A DNA stretch of 64,000 nt from NCBI GenBank assembly GCA_004293725.1, contig REAW01000013.1:1037-65036 (forward strand). Direction: 5' to 3'. Both the position numbers and the translations under genes were made by a program. The notes under the pieces were generated by a model. The model worked only from the letters and a program-made list of their open reading frames with translations. It was not told the origin of the DNA and searched no databases. This document shows positions 1 through 12,370 of this stretch, piece after piece. This stretch comes from Curvibacter sp. (GTDB lineage Bacteria; Pseudomonadota; Gammaproteobacteria; Burkholderiales; Burkholderiaceae_C). Every line of letters begins with the position of its first letter. Within the stretch, counting starts at the first letter, position 1.

Positions 1-141
1 CATCGGAAAAGGAATCTGGCGTGACGTTGACTATGCCCATCACCCGAGGGGCAGAGAGATCAATCGTGAAACGTGAAGTTTGCCAATGCATGGGCTGGAT
101 TATCGGTGTTGGCCAACCAACGACTGGGGCGACACGACCCT

Positions 142-171
142 AAAAAGCCCACAGGGCCCGAAGGCCCTGTG
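142..171 (-). terminator. Intrinsic terminator downstream of ftsH
   Basis: Minus strand CACAGGGCC-TTCG-GGCCCTGTG followed by GGCTTTTT. Confidence 0.75.
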
Positions 172-194
172 AATTGCTGCGCCGAGAACGCGTA

Positions 195-2108
195 TCAGGC
201 GGTTGTCGGTGCGGGGTCCGCTGCCACCGTAGGTGCACCGCCGCTTCCACCGCTTCCATTATTGGGAACGCGGGGCGTCCAGTCTTTGGGTGGGCGAGGT
301 TCACGACCCGCCATGATGTCGTCAAGCTGGTCGCTGTCGATGGTTTCCCACTCCAGCAAAGCCTTGGCCATCGCGTGCATTTTGTCCTGGTTGTCCTCGA
401 TCATCTTGCGTGCCTGACCATATTGCTGGTCAATGATGCGGCGCACTTCGGAATCCACCTTTTGCATGGTCTGCTCGCTCATGTTGGTGGTCTTGGTCAC
501 GCTGCGACCCAAAAACACCTCACCTTCGTTTTCGGCATAGACCATGGGGCCCAACGCATCCGTCATGCCGTAACGCGTCACCATGTCGCGGGCGATGGAA
601 GTGGCACGCTCGAAGTCATTGCTGGCGCCGGTGGTCATCTGTTTCATGAACACTTCTTCGGCAATACGACCACCAAACAGCATGCTAATTTGGCTCAACA
701 TGAATTCGCTGTCGTAGCTGTAGCGGTCTTGCACGGGCATGCTCATGGTCACGCCCAAGGCACGCCCGCGGGGAATGATGGTCACTTTGTGCACCGGATC
801 GCACTTGGGCAGCAGCTTGCCGATGAGCGCATGGCCTGCCTCATGGTAGGCCGTGTTTTTGCGCTCTTCCTCGGGCATAACCATGCTCTTGCGCTCAGGG
901 CCCATCAGGATTTTGTCCTTGGCCTTCTCGAAGTCCTGCATCTCCACCAAGCGCGCGTTGCGGCGCGCGGCCATCAAGGCGGCTTCGTTGCAAAGGTTTG
1001 CCAAATCGGCACCACTCATGCCGGGCGTACCGCGGGCGATGGTCATGGGGCTTACATCTTGGCCCACAGGCACTTTGCGCATGTGAACGTTCAGAATTTG
1101 TTCGCGGCCACGAATGTCGGGCAACGTGACGTACACCTGGCGGTCAAACCGGCCTGGGCGCAACAAGGCGGCATCCAGAATGTCAGGGCGGTTGGTCGCT
1201 GCGACCACGATGACACCGACATTGGTCTCAAAACCATCCATCTCGACCAGCATCTGGTTCAGGGTTTGTTCGCGCTCGTCGTTACCGCCGCCCAAGCCCG
1301 CACCACGTTGGCGACCCACGGCATCAATTTCATCAATGAAGATGATGCAAGGTGCGTTTTTCTTGGCGTTGTCGAACATGTCGCGCACACGGGATGCGCC
1401 CACACCCACAAACATTTCAACAAAATCGGAACCCGAGATACTGAAGAACGGGACTTTGGCTTCGCCGGCAATGGACTTGGCCAGCAGCGTCTTACCGGTA
1501 CCAGGAGGGCCGACCAACAACAGTCCGCGCGGAATGCGGCCCCCAAGTTTCTGGAACTTGCTGGGGTCTTTGAGGAAGTCGACCACCTCCTTCACTTCTT
1601 CCTTGGCCTCGTCGCAACCGGCCACATCGGCGAAGGTCACGGTATTGGTGTTTTCGTCCAACAAGCGCGCCTTGCTCTTGCCGAAGCTGAATGCACCACC
1701 CTTGCCGCCACCTTGCATTTGCCGCATGAAGTACACCCACACGCCAATCAGCAGGAGCATGGGGCCCCAGCTAACCAACAAGGTCATGAGAAGGGAGCTT
1801 TCTTCGCGGGGCTTGACGTCAAACTTGACGTTGTTGGCAATCAGATCGCCCACCAAGCCACGATCCAGGTAGGTTGCTGTCGTGCGTACCTTGCGGTCAT
1901 CCGACGTAATAGCCAGAATTTCGGTGCCGCCCTGCCCCTCTTGGATGAGGACGCTCTTGATCTGGTTGTTGCGCACCTGCTCCAGGAAGTCAGAATACCC
2001 GACCATACCCGCCGTAGCACTTCGTGAATCAAATTGCTTGAACACGGTAAAGAGCACCAAGCCCACTACCAACCATACTGCTACTTTAGAAAACCACTGA
2101 TTATTCAA
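195..2108 (-). CDS. ftsH: ATP-dependent zinc metalloprotease FtsH
   Basis: Two TM segments, Walker A GPPGTGKT, Walker [14 protein letters not shown] zinc motif; start placed at TTG 2108 after GGAG. Confidence 0.98.
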   Translation of the reverse strand: MNNQWFSKVAVWLVVGLVLFTVFKQFDSRSATAGMVGYSDFLEQVRNNQIKSVLIQEGQGGTEILAITSDDRKVRTTATYLDRGLVGDLIANNVKFDVKPREESSLLMTLLVSWGPMLLLIGVWVYFMRQMQGGGKGGAFSFGKSKARLLDENTNTVTFADVAGCDEAKEEVKEVVDFLKDPSKFQKLGGRIPRGLLLVGPPGTGKTLLAKSIAGEAKVPFFSISGSDFVEMFVGVGASRVRDMFDNAKKNAPCIIFIDEIDAVGRQRGAGLGGGNDEREQTLNQMLVEMDGFETNVGVIVVAATNRPDILDAALLRPGRFDRQVYVTLPDIRGREQILNVHMRKVPVGQDVSPMTIARGTPGMSGADLANLCNEAALMAARRNARLVEMQDFEKAKDKILMGPERKSMVMPEEERKNTAYHEAGHALIGKLLPKCDPVHKVTIIPRGRALGVTMSMPVQDRYSYDSEFMLSQISMLFGGRIAEEVFMKQMTTGASNDFERATSIARDMVTRYGMTDALGPMVYAENEGEVFLGRSVTKTTNMSEQTMQKVDSEVRRIIDQQYGQARKMIEDNQDKMHAMAKALLEWETIDSDQLDDIMAGREPRPPKDWTPRVPNNGSGGSGGAPTVAADPAPTTA

Positions 2109-2241
2109 GCGAAGCTCCAATACTGGCGCAAGTAAACGAACCTTGCGTACTTAGGACCCATTTTAGGCGTTTCAAGTCATGAAAGCAGACTTTTCAAGGT
2201 TTACGGCCACAGAAACCGCATGGGAATACGAAAAACACCCA

Positions 2242-2928
2242 TCACACCTTCTTGAGACCCATGCCCACCAAGAAAGTTTCAGATGACCGGTCCCGAGAGG
2301 CCTTGGGCTTCAACGGCTTGACCGTTACAAAGGCCGCCTTGAAGCGCTTCACCACATCGTTATAGCTCCCGCCGTGAAATACCTTTGCCACCAAGGCACC
2401 CTGAGGTTTCATGTGGTTTTGGGCAAACTCAATGGCCAGTTCTACCAGGTACTCGATGCGCGCCGCGTCGGCCGACGAGATGCCCGACAGGTTTGGCGCC
2501 ATGTCAGACACCACCAAATCGGCCTGTTTGCCGCCCAAAGCCGTCTCAAGCAATGCCAAGGTGTCCGCCTCGCGGAAGTCGCCCTGGATAAAGGTGACGC
2601 CCTCTATGGGATCCATGGGCAAAAGGTCCAGCCCGATGATGGTGCCGTTCACTTCCCCCACTGCTGCGCCGTTGGGCGACATGCGGCGCCGCAAGTACTG
2701 GCTCCATGCACCCGGCGTGCAGCCCAAGTCCACCACCAGTTGACCTGGCTTTACCAAGTGCAGGGTTTCGTCAATTTCCTTGAGTTTGTAAGCAGCGCGG
2801 GCCCGGTAGCCCTCTTTGTTGGCCAACTTCACGTAGGGATCGTTGATGTGTTCGTGCAACCAGGCTTTGTTGACCTTTTTGTTGCCGGCCCTGTTGTCCG
2901 GCTTGCTACTTTTGCTCTGCGTATTCAT
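2242..2928 (-). CDS. rlmE: 23S rRNA Um2552 methyltransferase RlmE (FtsJ)
   Basis: [32 protein letters not shown] motifs; upstream of ftsH; start chosen at MNTQ. Confidence 0.96.
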   Translation of the reverse strand: MNTQSKSSKPDNRAGNKKVNKAWLHEHINDPYVKLANKEGYRARAAYKLKEIDETLHLVKPGQLVVDLGCTPGAWSQYLRRRMSPNGAAVGEVNGTIIGLDLLPMDPIEGVTFIQGDFREADTLALLETALGGKQADLVVSDMAPNLSGISSADAARIEYLVELAIEFAQNHMKPQGALVAKVFHGGSYNDVVKRFKAAFVTVKPLKPKASRDRSSETFLVGMGLKKV

Positions 2929-2946
2929 TGCGTCGATAATACCCAT

Positions 2947-3420
2947 ATGCCTCAAATACAACTAACTCCCGCCCAGCGCAAGGATCATCGCGCTGAAGCC
3001 CACCACCTGGACCCCGTGGTCATGGTGGGCGGCGATGGCCTGACTGCCAACGTCAAAAAAGAAATCGATGCGGCCCTCAACGCCCACGGACTCATCAAAG
3101 TGCGCGTCTTTTCAGATGACCGCGCAGCCCGCGAAGAGATGTTCAAAACGCTGGCTGACGAGCTCAATGCCGCGCCGATTCAGCACATCGGCAAGCTGCT
3201 GGTGCTATGGCGCCCCCAGCCCGAAAAAGAAAAAGTCGTGGACGAGGACCGCAAACCGGGTCCACGCGACTTCAAGGTGCTGAAGTTCGGCCGCCCTGGC
3301 ACCCGGCCTGAAGTCAAAACGCTCCGCGTCCTGGGCAACCAGCGCCTCACGCCCGGCGGCAACGTGAAGCGCGCAAAACCCAAGCCAAAAACCAGCTTGA
3401 AGAAGCGCAGCCAGACGTAA
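2947..3420 (+). CDS. yhbY: YhbY/CRM-domain RNA-binding protein with basic C-terminal tail
   Basis: [15 protein letters not shown]...HGLIKVRV...[11 protein letters not shown]; divergent from rlmE; the listed 348-aa ORF is over-extended. Confidence 0.92.
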   Translation: MPQIQLTPAQRKDHRAEAHHLDPVVMVGGDGLTANVKKEIDAALNAHGLIKVRVFSDDRAAREEMFKTLADELNAAPIQHIGKLLVLWRPQPEKEKVVDEDRKPGPRDFKVLKFGRPGTRPEVKTLRVLGNQRLTPGGNVKRAKPKPKTSLKKRSQT

Positions 3421-3444
3421 GGTCTAGCAACATGCAAAGAATAG

Positions 3445-3470
3445 CCGGAGCAAAGTGCTCCGGTTTTTTT
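3445..3470 (+). terminator. Intrinsic terminator after yhbY
   Basis: CCGGAGCA-AAG-TGCTCCGG followed by T7. Confidence 0.8.
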
Positions 3471-3909
3471 ATGCCGGATCGGAAACTTCGTTTGGAGTCT
3501 TTGCTGAACCTGAAGCCAGTTTTCCAAACACCACCAGCGCACATACCCACTGACCAAAATACATGGCCGTGCCCACCCGGTGCCAGAGTACAAGGTTATC
3601 GCGGGCTACGATGCGAGGTGCCACAGCCAGCTCTACCAAGAGCGCCAGCAATACGCCAGCCACTACGAAAAGAGTAGCTGCCCGCGCAATGCCCATGGGC
3701 ACCAAGGCACGATTTGACCTAAAACTCACCATCAGCAAAGCGCCGCAGGCCACGGACAACCACGTTTGCGCAGCAAACAACTGGGCAGCCATTTGCCCCG
3801 CCAAAGCGGGCGTGGGCAGGTGGAGAAACAACAGTGGCACCACCATGAAGCCAAGTACTGTCAGACTCATGGCCCAAGCCGCAGCCAGCCAAACCGGAAG
3901 CTGGCGCAT
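3469..3909 (-). CDS. DUF4149-like four-TM membrane protein
   Basis: Hydrophobic helices; VPLLF..L...AG..A..LF and WH..GT..Y patterns; coupled to the greA stop. Confidence 0.75.
   Translation of the reverse strand: MRQLPVWLAAAWAMSLTVLGFMVVPLLFLHLPTPALAGQMAAQLFAAQTWLSVACGALLMVSFRSNRALVPMGIARAATLFVVAGVLLALLVELAVAPRIVARDNLVLWHRVGTAMYFGQWVCALVVFGKLASGSAKTPNEVSDPA
3661..3724 (+). repeat. Dispersed ~60-bp element, copy 1 (inside DUF4149-like gene)
   Basis: CACTAC-GAAAAGA-GTAGCTG-CCC-GCGCA-ATGCCCATGGGC-ACC. Confidence 0.8.
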
Positions 3910-4385
3910 CAGATGTAGTGCACTGCCACCACTTCGTAAGCGCGCTCGCCACCGGGGGCTTGCACCACGGCGGTGTCGCCTTCAACTTTGCCGATCAGGG
4001 CACGGGCAATCGGACTACCGATGTTGATGAGCCCTTGCTTGAGATCCGCTTCGTCTTCGCCCACGATCTGGTACTTGACCTTTTGACCGCTGTCTTCGTC
4101 TTCCAGTTCCACCGTAGCACCGAACACTACACGACCATCGGCCTGGATGCTGGACGGGTCAATCACCTGGGCGGCAGACAATTTGCCCTCCACTTCCTGG
4201 ATGCGGCCTTCAATGAAGCCTTGACGCTCTTTGGCAGCGTCATAGTCAGCGTTTTCGCTGAGGTCGCCTTGTGCACGGGCTTCAGCAATCGCCTGGATCA
4301 CCCAGGGACGCTCGACGGTCTTGAGTTTGTGCAGCTCAGCCTTGAGCATTTCTGCGCCGCGCTTGGTAATGGGATAGGTTGCCAT
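3909..4385 (-). CDS. greA: Transcription elongation factor GreA
   Basis: [28 protein letters not shown]. Confidence 0.97.
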   Translation of the reverse strand: MATYPITKRGAEMLKAELHKLKTVERPWVIQAIAEARAQGDLSENADYDAAKERQGFIEGRIQEVEGKLSAAQVIDPSSIQADGRVVFGATVELEDEDSGQKVKYQIVGEDEADLKQGLINIGSPIARALIGKVEGDTAVVQAPGGERAYEVVAVHYI

Positions 4386-4424
4386 GGTGTCTCTAGCTAG
4401 GTATTTTGGGGGCCTCAAAGTACA

Positions 4425-4458
4425 AGGACAGTGCGGCGCTTGCGCGCGGCACTGTCCT
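4425..4458 (-). terminator. Hairpin between carB and greA (possible attenuator)
   Basis: AGGACAGTGC...GCACTGTCCT 10-bp arms with a weak U tract. Confidence 0.5.
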
Positions 4459-4495
4459 CTGCAGTTGGCCTAATTATGCCAACGATTGCGACCGT

Positions 4496-7400
4496 TTAGG
4501 CACCAAGTTCAGCGTGCATCTCCTGCACTGAAATCACACCCAGGTTGTCGAGGTACTTCATGCCCTCTACAGCCGCTTCAGCACCTGCGATGGTGGTGTA
4601 GGTGGTAACGCGAGCCAACAAGGCCGAAGTGCGGATCAAGCGGGAGTCTGCAATCGCATTGCGACGCTCTTCCACAGTGTTGACCACCATGGAGATCTCC
4701 TCGTTCTTGATGGTGTCAACGATGTGCGGGCGGCCTTCGGTGACCTTGTTTACCACGGCGCACGCCACGCCAGCGGCGTTGATGGAGGCTGCTGTGCCTT
4801 TGGTCGCCACAATTTCAAAACCCATCGCTGCCAACTTGCGGGCCACTTCAATCGCGCGGGGTTTGTCCGACTGCTTGACGGAGATAAACGCCTTGCCGCC
4901 GCGCGGCAGCTTGGCGCCAGCGCCCAACTGACTCTTTACAAAAGCCTCGCCAAATGTCTTGCCCACGCCCATCACTTCGCCGGTGGACTTCATCTCCGGT
5001 CCGAGAATGGTGTCCACACCAGGGAACTTGACAAAGGGGAACACGGCTTCTTTGACGCTGAAGTAAGGCGGCGTCACTTCCTTGCTGATCCCCTGACTGG
5101 CCAGCGACTGGCCAGCCATGCAGCGTGCGGCGACCTTGGCGAGCTGAATGCCGGTCGCCTTCGAGACGAACGGCACGGTGCGGCTGGCTCGGGGATTCAC
5201 TTCGAGCACGTAGATCACATCCTTGCCGTCCACGTTTTGGATGGCGAACTGCACATTCATCAGACCTACCACGTTGAGCGCGCCGGCCATGGCCTTGGTC
5301 TGGCGTTTAATCTCGGCCACGGTGTCCGCGCCCAGACTGTAAGGTGGCAGCGAGCAGGCCGAGTCGCCGCTATGCACACCGGCTTGCTCGATGTGCTCCA
5401 TCACGCCACCGATGAAGGTGTCGCCGGTAGCGTCGCGGATGCAGTCCACATCACATTCAATCGCATCATTCAAGAAGCGGTCCAGCAACACAGGACTGTC
5501 ATTGCTCACCTTCACTGCTTCGCGCATGTAGCGCTCCAAGTCGCGCTGCTCGTGCACGATTTCCATGGCACGCCCCCCCAGAACATAGCTGGGGCGCACC
5601 ACCAACGGGTACCCCAAGGCGGCGGCTTTTTCCAGCGCTTCGGGCTCGGTGCGCGCTGTTGCGTTGGGTGGCTGGCGCAGCTTCAACGCATGCAACAGCT
5701 TCTGGAAGCGCTCGCGGTCTTCGGCCGCATCGATCATGTCCGGCGCGGTGCCGATGATGGGTACACCGTTGGCTTCCAGATCAAGTGCGAGTTTCAAAGG
5801 CGTTTGACCACCGTATTGCACGATCACACCAACCGGCTTTTCTTTGTCCACGATTTCCAACACGTCTTCGAGCGTCAGGGGCTCGAAATACAGGCGGTCA
5901 GACGTATCGTAGTCGGTCGACACGGTCTCGGGGTTGCAGTTGACCATGATGGTCTCGTACCCGTCTTCGCGCAGGGCCAAGGCGGCGTGCACGCAGCAAT
6001 AGTCAAACTCGATACCCTGGCCGATGCGGTTGGGGCCGCCACCCAGCACCATAATTTTCTTGTTGTCGGTGGGAGCTGCTTCGCACTCGGAGCCGTCTGC
6101 CTCGTAGGTGGAGTAAAGGTAAGCCGTGTTCGTTGCAAACTCAGCCGCGCAGGTGTCCACACGTTTGTACACAGGGCGCACACCCAAGGCGCGGCGCTTT
6201 TCGCGCACAGCCTTGTCGGTAGTCTTGAATTGGCGCGCCAAGCGACGGTCTGAGAAGCCCTTTTGCTTCAGGCCGCGTAACGTAACAGCATCAATTTTGT
6301 CCAGAGTCGATCCGCTGGCAGGCTGGGGCAGGCGCTCGATTTCGAGCTCGAGCTTCACAATCTGTTCGATTTGCACCAGGAACCAAGGGTCGATCTTGGT
6401 AAGGGCAAACACTTCGTCAACGGACATACCCTGGGCGAAGGCGTCACCCACGTACCAGATGCGCTCGGGGCCAGGCTCGCCCAGTTCCTTTTCCAGCACT
6501 TCGCGGTCTTGCGTTTTTTCGTTCATACCGTCCACGCCAACTTCCAGGCCGCGCAGGGCTTTCTGGAAGGACTCCTGGAAGGTGCGACCCATCGCCATCA
6601 CCTCGCCCACCGATTTCATTTGGGTGGTCAGGCGGCTATCGGCCGTGGGGAATTTCTCGAAAGCAAAGCGCGGAATTTTGGTGACCACGTAATCGATGCT
6701 CGGCTCGAAAGAAGCTGGAGTGGCGCCCCCAGTAATGTCGTTGCGCAACTCATCCAGTGTGAAGCCCACCGCCAGCTTGGCAGCGACTTTGGCAATGGGA
6801 AAACCTGTGGCTTTGGAGGCCAGCGCGGAAGAGCGCGATACGCGGGGGTTCATCTCAATGACCACCATACGGCCATCCACCGGGTTGATGGAAAATTGCA
6901 CGTTGGAACCGCCGGTATCCACACCGATTTCACGCAATACCGCCAGCGACGCATTGCGCAGAATCTGGTATTCCTTGTCGGTCAGCGTTTGCGCGGGGGC
7001 TACGGTAATGGAGTCACCGGTATGCACGCCCATAGGGTCCAAGTTTTCGATAGAGCAAACAATGATGCAGTTGTCCGCCTTGTCGCGCACCACTTCCATC
7101 TCGTACTCTTTCCAGCCTAGCAAGGACTCTTCGATTAACAACTCTTTGGTGGGCGATGCCTCCAGGCCGCGCTTACAAATGGTCTCAAATTCTTCAGAGT
7201 TGTAGGCAATGCCGCCGCCGGTGCCGCCGAGCGTGAAACTGGGGCGGATGACCGTGGGGAAACCCAACGTCTTTTGCACGACCCATGCGTCCTCCATGCT
7301 GTGGGCAATACCGGAACGCGCGGAACCCAGACCGATTTTGGTCATGGCGTCCTTGAACTTCAAGCGATCTTCGGCCTTGTCGATGGCTTCGGGTGTGGCG

Positions 7401-7750
7401 CCTATCAACTCGACCTTGTATTTGTCCAGCACGCCGTGGTGCCAGAGGTCCAGCGCGCAGTTCAGCGCGGTCTGACCACCCATCGTGGGCAGGATGGCAT
7501 CGGGCTTTTCTTTGGAGATGATCTTTTCGACCGTTTGCCAAGTGATGGGCTCAATGTAGGTGACGTCGGCGGTGGCCGGGTCGGTCATGATCGTGGCGGG
7601 GTTGCTGTTGATCAGGATGACTTTGTAGCCCTCTTCCCGCAACGCCTTGCATGCTTGCACGCCAGAATAGTCGAACTCACAGGCCTGCCCGATGATGATG
7701 GGGCCAGCGCCAATGATGAGAATGCTTTTGATGTCGGTACGTTTTGGCAT
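4496..7750 (-). CDS. carB: Carbamoyl-phosphate synthase large subunit
   Basis: [30 protein letters not shown]; duplicated ATP-grasp domains; MGS domain. Confidence 0.99.
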   Translation of the reverse strand: MPKRTDIKSILIIGAGPIIIGQACEFDYSGVQACKALREEGYKVILINSNPATIMTDPATADVTYIEPITWQTVEKIISKEKPDAILPTMGGQTALNCALDLWHHGVLDKYKVELIGATPEAIDKAEDRLKFKDAMTKIGLGSARSGIAHSMEDAWVVQKTLGFPTVIRPSFTLGGTGGGIAYNSEEFETICKRGLEASPTKELLIEESLLGWKEYEMEVVRDKADNCIIVCSIENLDPMGVHTGDSITVAPAQTLTDKEYQILRNASLAVLREIGVDTGGSNVQFSINPVDGRMVVIEMNPRVSRSSALASKATGFPIAKVAAKLAVGFTLDELRNDITGGATPASFEPSIDYVVTKIPRFAFEKFPTADSRLTTQMKSVGEVMAMGRTFQESFQKALRGLEVGVDGMNEKTQDREVLEKELGEPGPERIWYVGDAFAQGMSVDEVFALTKIDPWFLVQIEQIVKLELEIERLPQPASGSTLDKIDAVTLRGLKQKGFSDRRLARQFKTTDKAVREKRRALGVRPVYKRVDTCAAEFATNTAYLYSTYEADGSECEAAPTDNKKIMVLGGGPNRIGQGIEFDYCCVHAALALREDGYETIMVNCNPETVSTDYDTSDRLYFEPLTLEDVLEIVDKEKPVGVIVQYGGQTPLKLALDLEANGVPIIGTAPDMIDAAEDRERFQKLLHALKLRQPPNATARTEPEALEKAAALGYPLVVRPSYVLGGRAMEIVHEQRDLERYMREAVKVSNDSPVLLDRFLNDAIECDVDCIRDATGDTFIGGVMEHIEQAGVHSGDSACSLPPYSLGADTVAEIKRQTKAMAGALNVVGLMNVQFAIQNVDGKDVIYVLEVNPRASRTVPFVSKATGIQLAKVAARCMAGQSLASQGISKEVTPPYFSVKEAVFPFVKFPGVDTILGPEMKSTGEVMGVGKTFGEAFVKSQLGAGAKLPRGGKAFISVKQSDKPRAIEVARKLAAMGFEIVATKGTAASINAAGVACAVVNKVTEGRPHIVDTIKNEEISMVVNTVEERRNAIADSRLIRTSALLARVTTYTTIAGAEAAVEGMKYLDNLGVISVQEMHAELGA

Positions 7751-7801
7751 GGTGGACTCTTAGCCTCAGGGCTTTTTACTTTTTAATCAAATCAATCGGG
7801 T

Positions 7802-8470
7802 TCAGTTCAGGCTGGCGGTAGCGAGTTTGGCGCCGAACCAGACAAACAGGCCGCCGACGGCACTGGACAAGGTGGCACTCAAGCGCTTGCGGCGGCGAAA
7901 ACCTTGCGCCAGACGGGCGCCTGCAAAAATCAGGGCTGACAGGTACAAAGCGCTGAATATCATGATGATGGCGCTCAGAATCAGGAATGGCACGGCAGGC
8001 GTTTCGTAGCTCGGATCAATGAACTGCACGAAGAAGGACAGCAGAAACAAAATCGCCTTGGGGTTCAGCAAACTGATCACCAGCGCCCGCTTGAAGGGCT
8101 GCTGTAAATTGCTGGCAGCCTCCATGACAACGGTGTCAGGGTCCGAATGCACGGGCACATCACTGCGCCACTTGCGTATTGCCGCCAAGACCAAGCCGAT
8201 ACCAACCCAAGTCAAGTAAGCAGCACCTGCATACTTCACCACCATGAACAGTGCGGGATAGGTGCGCAACAAACTGGCGGCACCGAGCGCAGTGAGCAAC
8301 AGCAAAATGGTGTCCCCCACAAATACACCCATGGCGCCTTGGTAGCCGGCCTTGACCCCGCGCACGGTGGCCACCGAGAGGACGAATAACGAATTGGGCC
8401 CAGGCAACAAAATGATGCCCAAAGCGCCCACCACGTAGGTCCAGAGGTCGGTGACACCATAGAAGTTCAT
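7802..8470 (-). CDS. leuE: Leucine efflux protein LeuE (RhtB/LysE family)
   Basis: [28 protein letters not shown]; lies between carA and carB. Confidence 0.85.
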   Translation of the reverse strand: MNFYGVTDLWTYVVGALGIILLPGPNSLFVLSVATVRGVKAGYQGAMGVFVGDTILLLLTALGAASLLRTYPALFMVVKYAGAAYLTWVGIGLVLAAIRKWRSDVPVHSDPDTVVMEAASNLQQPFKRALVISLLNPKAILFLLSFFVQFIDPSYETPAVPFLILSAIIMIFSALYLSALIFAGARLAQGFRRRKRLSATLSSAVGGLFVWFGAKLATASLN

Positions 8471-9645
8471 GCCGTTGTGCCCGCCTTCTTTTCCATCTCG
8501 CGGATGAAACGGTCGAACAGGTAGCCGATATCGTGGGGCCCTGGAGATGCCTCAGGGTGACCCTGGAAGCAGAAGGCCGGCTTGTCGGTGCGTTCTAGCC
8601 CCTGGAGCGTGTTGTCAAACAGGCTGATGTGTGTGGGGCGCAGATTCGCCGGCAGAGACTTCTCATCCACCGCAAATCCATGGTTCTGGCTGGTGATAGA
8701 TACACGGCCGCTGTCGAGGTCTTTGACGGGGTGGTTGGCGCCGTGGTGGCCGAACTTCATCTTGAAGGTTTTTGCGCCACTGGCCAAGGCCATGATCTGG
8801 TGGCCTAGGCAGATGCCGAACGTGGGCGTACCGGTCTCAATCAACTCCTTGGCCGCAGTAATCGCGTAATCGCAAGGTTCAGGGTCGCCGGGGCCGTTGG
8901 ACAAGAAGATGCCGTTGGGGTTGAGCTTGAGCACATCCGCAGCAGAGGTTTGCGCAGGCACCACAGTGACCTTGCAGCCCCGCTCTGCCAACATGCGCAA
9001 GATGTTTCTCTTCACGCCGAAGTCATACGCCACCACATGGAACTTAGGAGCAGATTGCTCGCCGTAGCCCTTGCCCAGGGTCCATTCGGCTTCCGTCCAC
9101 GCGTAGCTGGTAGAGCTGGAAACCACCTTGGCCAAGTCCAAGCCGGCCATGCTAGGCGCACCTTTTGCGGCAGCCACGGCCTTTTCGATGGCTTCTTTGG
9201 TAACGGCCTCGCCGGCAGCCAAGGCCAGGATGCACCCGTTTTGTGCGCCTTGGGTACGCAACTGACGAGTCAGCTGACGGGTGTCGATATTGGCAATTGC
9301 TACCGTGCCTTCAGCGACCAGGTATTCGGTCAGCGTCTGGGTCTTGCGGAAGTTGCTGGCCACTAGCGGCAAGTCTTTGATGATCAAGCCTGCGGCATGG
9401 ACCTTGCTGGACTCCACGTCTTCAGGGTTGACACCGTAGTTGCCGATGTGGGGGTATGTCAGGGTGACGATCTGCTGGCAATAACTGGGATCGGTCAGGA
9501 TCTCCTGGTAGCCGGTCATGGAGGTGTTGAACACGACTTCACCGACGGTGGAGCCTGCGGCTCCAATGGAATTGCCAATGTAGACCGTGCCGTCTGCGAG
9601 CGCCAAGATGGCGGGTGGGGTAGTTCCCTTGAGAGACAAAAGCAC
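8467..9645 (-). CDS. carA: Carbamoyl-phosphate synthase small subunit
   Basis: [36 protein letters not shown]; GTG start after GGAG. Confidence 0.98.
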   Translation of the reverse strand: MLLSLKGTTPPAILALADGTVYIGNSIGAAGSTVGEVVFNTSMTGYQEILTDPSYCQQIVTLTYPHIGNYGVNPEDVESSKVHAAGLIIKDLPLVASNFRKTQTLTEYLVAEGTVAIANIDTRQLTRQLRTQGAQNGCILALAAGEAVTKEAIEKAVAAAKGAPSMAGLDLAKVVSSSTSYAWTEAEWTLGKGYGEQSAPKFHVVAYDFGVKRNILRMLAERGCKVTVVPAQTSAADVLKLNPNGIFLSNGPGDPEPCDYAITAAKELIETGTPTFGICLGHQIMALASGAKTFKMKFGHHGANHPVKDLDSGRVSITSQNHGFAVDEKSLPANLRPTHISLFDNTLQGLERTDKPAFCFQGHPEASPGPHDIGYLFDRFIREMEKKAGTTA

Positions 9646-9798
9646 TGGTTTCTCCGGATGGGTTACGGGTACGCCCAAACGCGCTCAAGAATGGCTCTTG
9701 GCGGGTGCTGCTGTGAGGGAATGTTCAGAGGTGCGCTTGGGACGGCTGTTTTCTGGATAGCCTCTCATTATAGCTTAGGGCTACTTTGTCTAGGCGCA

Positions 9799-10569
9799 CT
9801 AGCAGGGTCTCAAACTGCTCGCATGCAGGCAGATCGCCGCTGCTGCTGCCACGTTGAGCGACTCTTCCCCGCCCGGCTGTCCGATGCGGGCGAAGAATTT
9901 GGCGCGCGCGAACAGCTCGGCACTAACGCCCTGCCCTTCATGGCCCATCGCCCAGGCGCTGGGCTGGGGGAGCGTGAGGTTATGCACCAGCTCACCCTGG
10001 TGGGAACTGGTGACGACGATGGGCACTGCCAGCCCATCCAGTGCCGACAGCTCCACGCCTTCTATAAGATGCAGGCCAAAATGCGCCCCCATTCCGGCGC
10101 GCAGAACTTTGGGACTCCAGAGTGCGGCGGTGCCTTTGAGCGCCAACACCTGGCGAAAACCAAAGGCGCCTGCACTGCGCAGGATGGAGCCGACGTTGCC
10201 CGCGTCCTGGACACGATCCAGAATCACGGTGGCGGCATTGGGCTGGAGCACAGTGTCCAACGGCATGTCCAATACAAAGCCCACCTTGGCGGGCGACTCC
10301 AAGCCACTCAATTCACTGAACAACCCATCTGGAACCACTATGGTTTTTATAGCTGCTTGCGCATATTCCACGGGTGCCAGGGGCCAAAATGAATCTGAAA
10401 CCACGAACACAGCCGGACGCAGGCCACGTTGCAAAGCTGCGCCGCACAGATGGTCGCCCTCGACCCAAAAGCGACCTTCCTTGCGGTAAACGGTGTTGTC
10501 GGAGCTCAGCTTGCGCAATTGCTTGAGCAACGGGTTCTCACGGGAGGTGATGACGACAGGTTCGCTCAT
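9799..10569 (-). CDS. TrmH/SpoU family RNA methyltransferase
   Basis: [34 protein letters not shown]. Confidence 0.92.
   Translation of the reverse strand: MSEPVVITSRENPLLKQLRKLSSDNTVYRKEGRFWVEGDHLCGAALQRGLRPAVFVVSDSFWPLAPVEYAQAAIKTIVVPDGLFSELSGLESPAKVGFVLDMPLDTVLQPNAATVILDRVQDAGNVGSILRSAGAFGFRQVLALKGTAALWSPKVLRAGMGAHFGLHLIEGVELSALDGLAVPIVVTSSHQGELVHNLTLPQPSAWAMGHEGQGVSAELFARAKFFARIGQPGGEESLNVAAAAAICLHASSLRPC
10336..10399 (+). repeat. Dispersed ~60-bp element, copy 2 (inside TrmH-family gene)
   Basis: CACTAT-GGTTTTT-ATAGCTG-CTT-GCGCA-TATTCCACGGGT-GCC. Confidence 0.85.
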
Positions 10570-11201
10570 CGTGCAGACGCCAGCACTTGGGTGACTGGCG
10601 CAAAGGTTTTGCGATGCTCGGGGCAGGCGCCATGGACCTTGAGGGCTGCCAAATGCTCTGCCGTGCCATACCCTTTGTGGCCGGAAAAACCGTACTGCGG
10701 GTATTGCTGGTCTAGCGTGGCGCACCAGCGGTCGCGCGTAACTTTCGCCAAAATGGACGCGGCGGAGATAGCGGGCACTGTGGCGTCGCCCCGCACAATG
10801 GCCTCAGCCAGCACCTCCAACACGGGCAGCCGGTTTCCGTCCACCAACACCTTGGCTGGTTTCAGCCGCAAGCCCTCTACCGCGCGCCGCATGGCCAGCA
10901 TCGTGGCCTGCAGAATGTTGATCTCATCGATTTCTTCCACACTGGCCTGTGCAATCGAGCAGCACAAGGCCTTGGCCCGGATTTCATCGAACAGCTTTTC
11001 GCGCCGTAGCGCGGTGAGCTTTTTGGAATCGTTCAGCCCAGCAATGGGGTTGAGGTCATCCAGAATGACCGCCGCAGCTACCACAGGCCCAGCCAAAGGA
11101 CCGCGGCCCGCTTCGTCCACACCGGCGATCAGCCCGGGCAGATCCCAGACAAAGGCAGCTTGCTTGACGGACTCAGGTTTGAAGGACTTTTTCGATGGCA
11201 T
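10566..11201 (-). CDS. rnhB: Ribonuclease HII
   Basis: [37 protein letters not shown]. Confidence 0.97.
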   Translation of the reverse strand: MPSKKSFKPESVKQAAFVWDLPGLIAGVDEAGRGPLAGPVVAAAVILDDLNPIAGLNDSKKLTALRREKLFDEIRAKALCCSIAQASVEEIDEINILQATMLAMRRAVEGLRLKPAKVLVDGNRLPVLEVLAEAIVRGDATVPAISAASILAKVTRDRWCATLDQQYPQYGFSGHKGYGTAEHLAALKVHGACPEHRKTFAPVTQVLASAR

Positions 11202-12348
11202 CGGCGGCAAGGGTGGCAGTGTCGCGCTGCAGCATGGCATGCAGCGCGGTGAAGGTGGTGTGCAAGGCCGCTATTTTCGCAGGATCAGCGTCTGGCGCAT
11301 CCAACCAAGCCAATACTTCGTGCGCCAGCGCCTCGGGCGTGGCCGCGTCTTGCAGCAGCTCTGGCACTACAAAACGCTGGCACAGGATATTGGGCAGGCC
11401 CACCCAAGGCTGCAGACGCTTGCGCCGCATGATCTGCCAAGACAGCCAGGCCATGTGGTAACCGATGACCATGGGGCGCTTGAAGAGCGCGGCCTCCAGT
11501 GTGGCAGTGCCGCTGGCAATCAACGTCACATCACAGGCCGCCAGTGCGGTGTGCGACTGCCCACTGAGCAACTGCAGGCTGCCTTGCATGCCACTCTTTT
11601 GCGCCAGCGCTTCGATTTCTGGCAACAGACCCGGTACGCAAGGCACTATGAATTTGGTAGCTGGTCGCGCAGACTGGATAAGCGCTGCAGCCTGAAAGAA
11701 GCGTAAAGCCAAGTGTCGAATTTCGGACTGGCGGCTTCCCGGGAGGATAGCTACCACTGCGTCATCGTCTGTCAGGCCCAGGCTGCGGCGAGCGGCAGCC
11801 TTGTCAGGCTCCAAAGGGATGACGTTGGCCAAAGGGTGGCCCACGTAGGTCGCTGCAATGCCGTGAGCGGCCAGCAGCTCTGGCTCGAATGGAAAAATGC
11901 AGAGCACATGGTCGGTACTGCGGCGGATTTTATCCACACGCTCGGGTCGCCATGCCCAAATGGAAGGGCAAACAAAGTGCACGGTCTTGACTCCCTGCTC
12001 TTTGAGCCGCGCCTCTAGATGGAGGTTGAAGTCGGGTGCGTCCACGCCAATAAATACATCGGGTTTGTTCGCCAGCAACCGTTCGCACAGCTGCCGGCGG
12101 ATACCCACGATCTCGCGGTAGCGCTTCAACAGCTCCCAGCTAAAGCCATGCACGGCCAGCTTGTGGTGCGGCCACCAAGCCTGGAAACCCTGCTTCGCCA
12201 TGTGCGGGCCACCAATGCCGTGTGCCACCGCAGCCGGCCAGCGTTGGCGCATAGCACCGAGTAGCAAGCCCGCCAGCAGGTCGCCCGATGCCTCCCCCGC
12301 CACCATGGCGACCGTGGGGGCGCCAGCGCGGGCGTGAGACGGATTCAT
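11173..12348 (-). CDS. lpxB: Lipid-A-disaccharide synthase
   Basis: [35 protein letters not shown]. Confidence 0.97.
   Translation of the reverse strand: MNPSHARAGAPTVAMVAGEASGDLLAGLLLGAMRQRWPAAVAHGIGGPHMAKQGFQAWWPHHKLAVHGFSWELLKRYREIVGIRRQLCERLLANKPDVFIGVDAPDFNLHLEARLKEQGVKTVHFVCPSIWAWRPERVDKIRRSTDHVLCIFPFEPELLAAHGIAATYVGHPLANVIPLEPDKAAARRSLGLTDDDAVVAILPGSRQSEIRHLALRFFQAAALIQSARPATKFIVPCVPGLLPEIEALAQKSGMQGSLQLLSGQSHTALAACDVTLIASGTATLEAALFKRPMVIGYHMAWLSWQIMRRKRLQPWVGLPNILCQRFVVPELLQDAATPEALAHEVLAWLDAPDADPAKIAALHTTFTALHAMLQRDTATLAADAIEKVLQT
11644..11707 (+). repeat. Dispersed ~60-bp element, copy 3 (inside lpxB)
   Basis: CACTAT-GAATTTG-GTAGCTG-GTC-GCGCA-GACTGGATAAGC-GCT. Confidence 0.8.
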
Positions 12349-12370
12349 TACGATTCGAAGTGCCGGATGC

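Noticed and set aside
174-2027. Long antisense ORFs (617 aa over ftsH; also 4724-6253, 10429-11706, 12449-13732, 47889-49697)
   Set aside because: Shadow frames of well-supported genes, expected from GC-biased codon usage; no recognisable motifs.
5572-5600. ATAGCTG-GG-GCGCA in carB as a ninth repeat copy
   Set aside because: The spacer is 2 rather than 3 nt and the left CTAY arm is missing.
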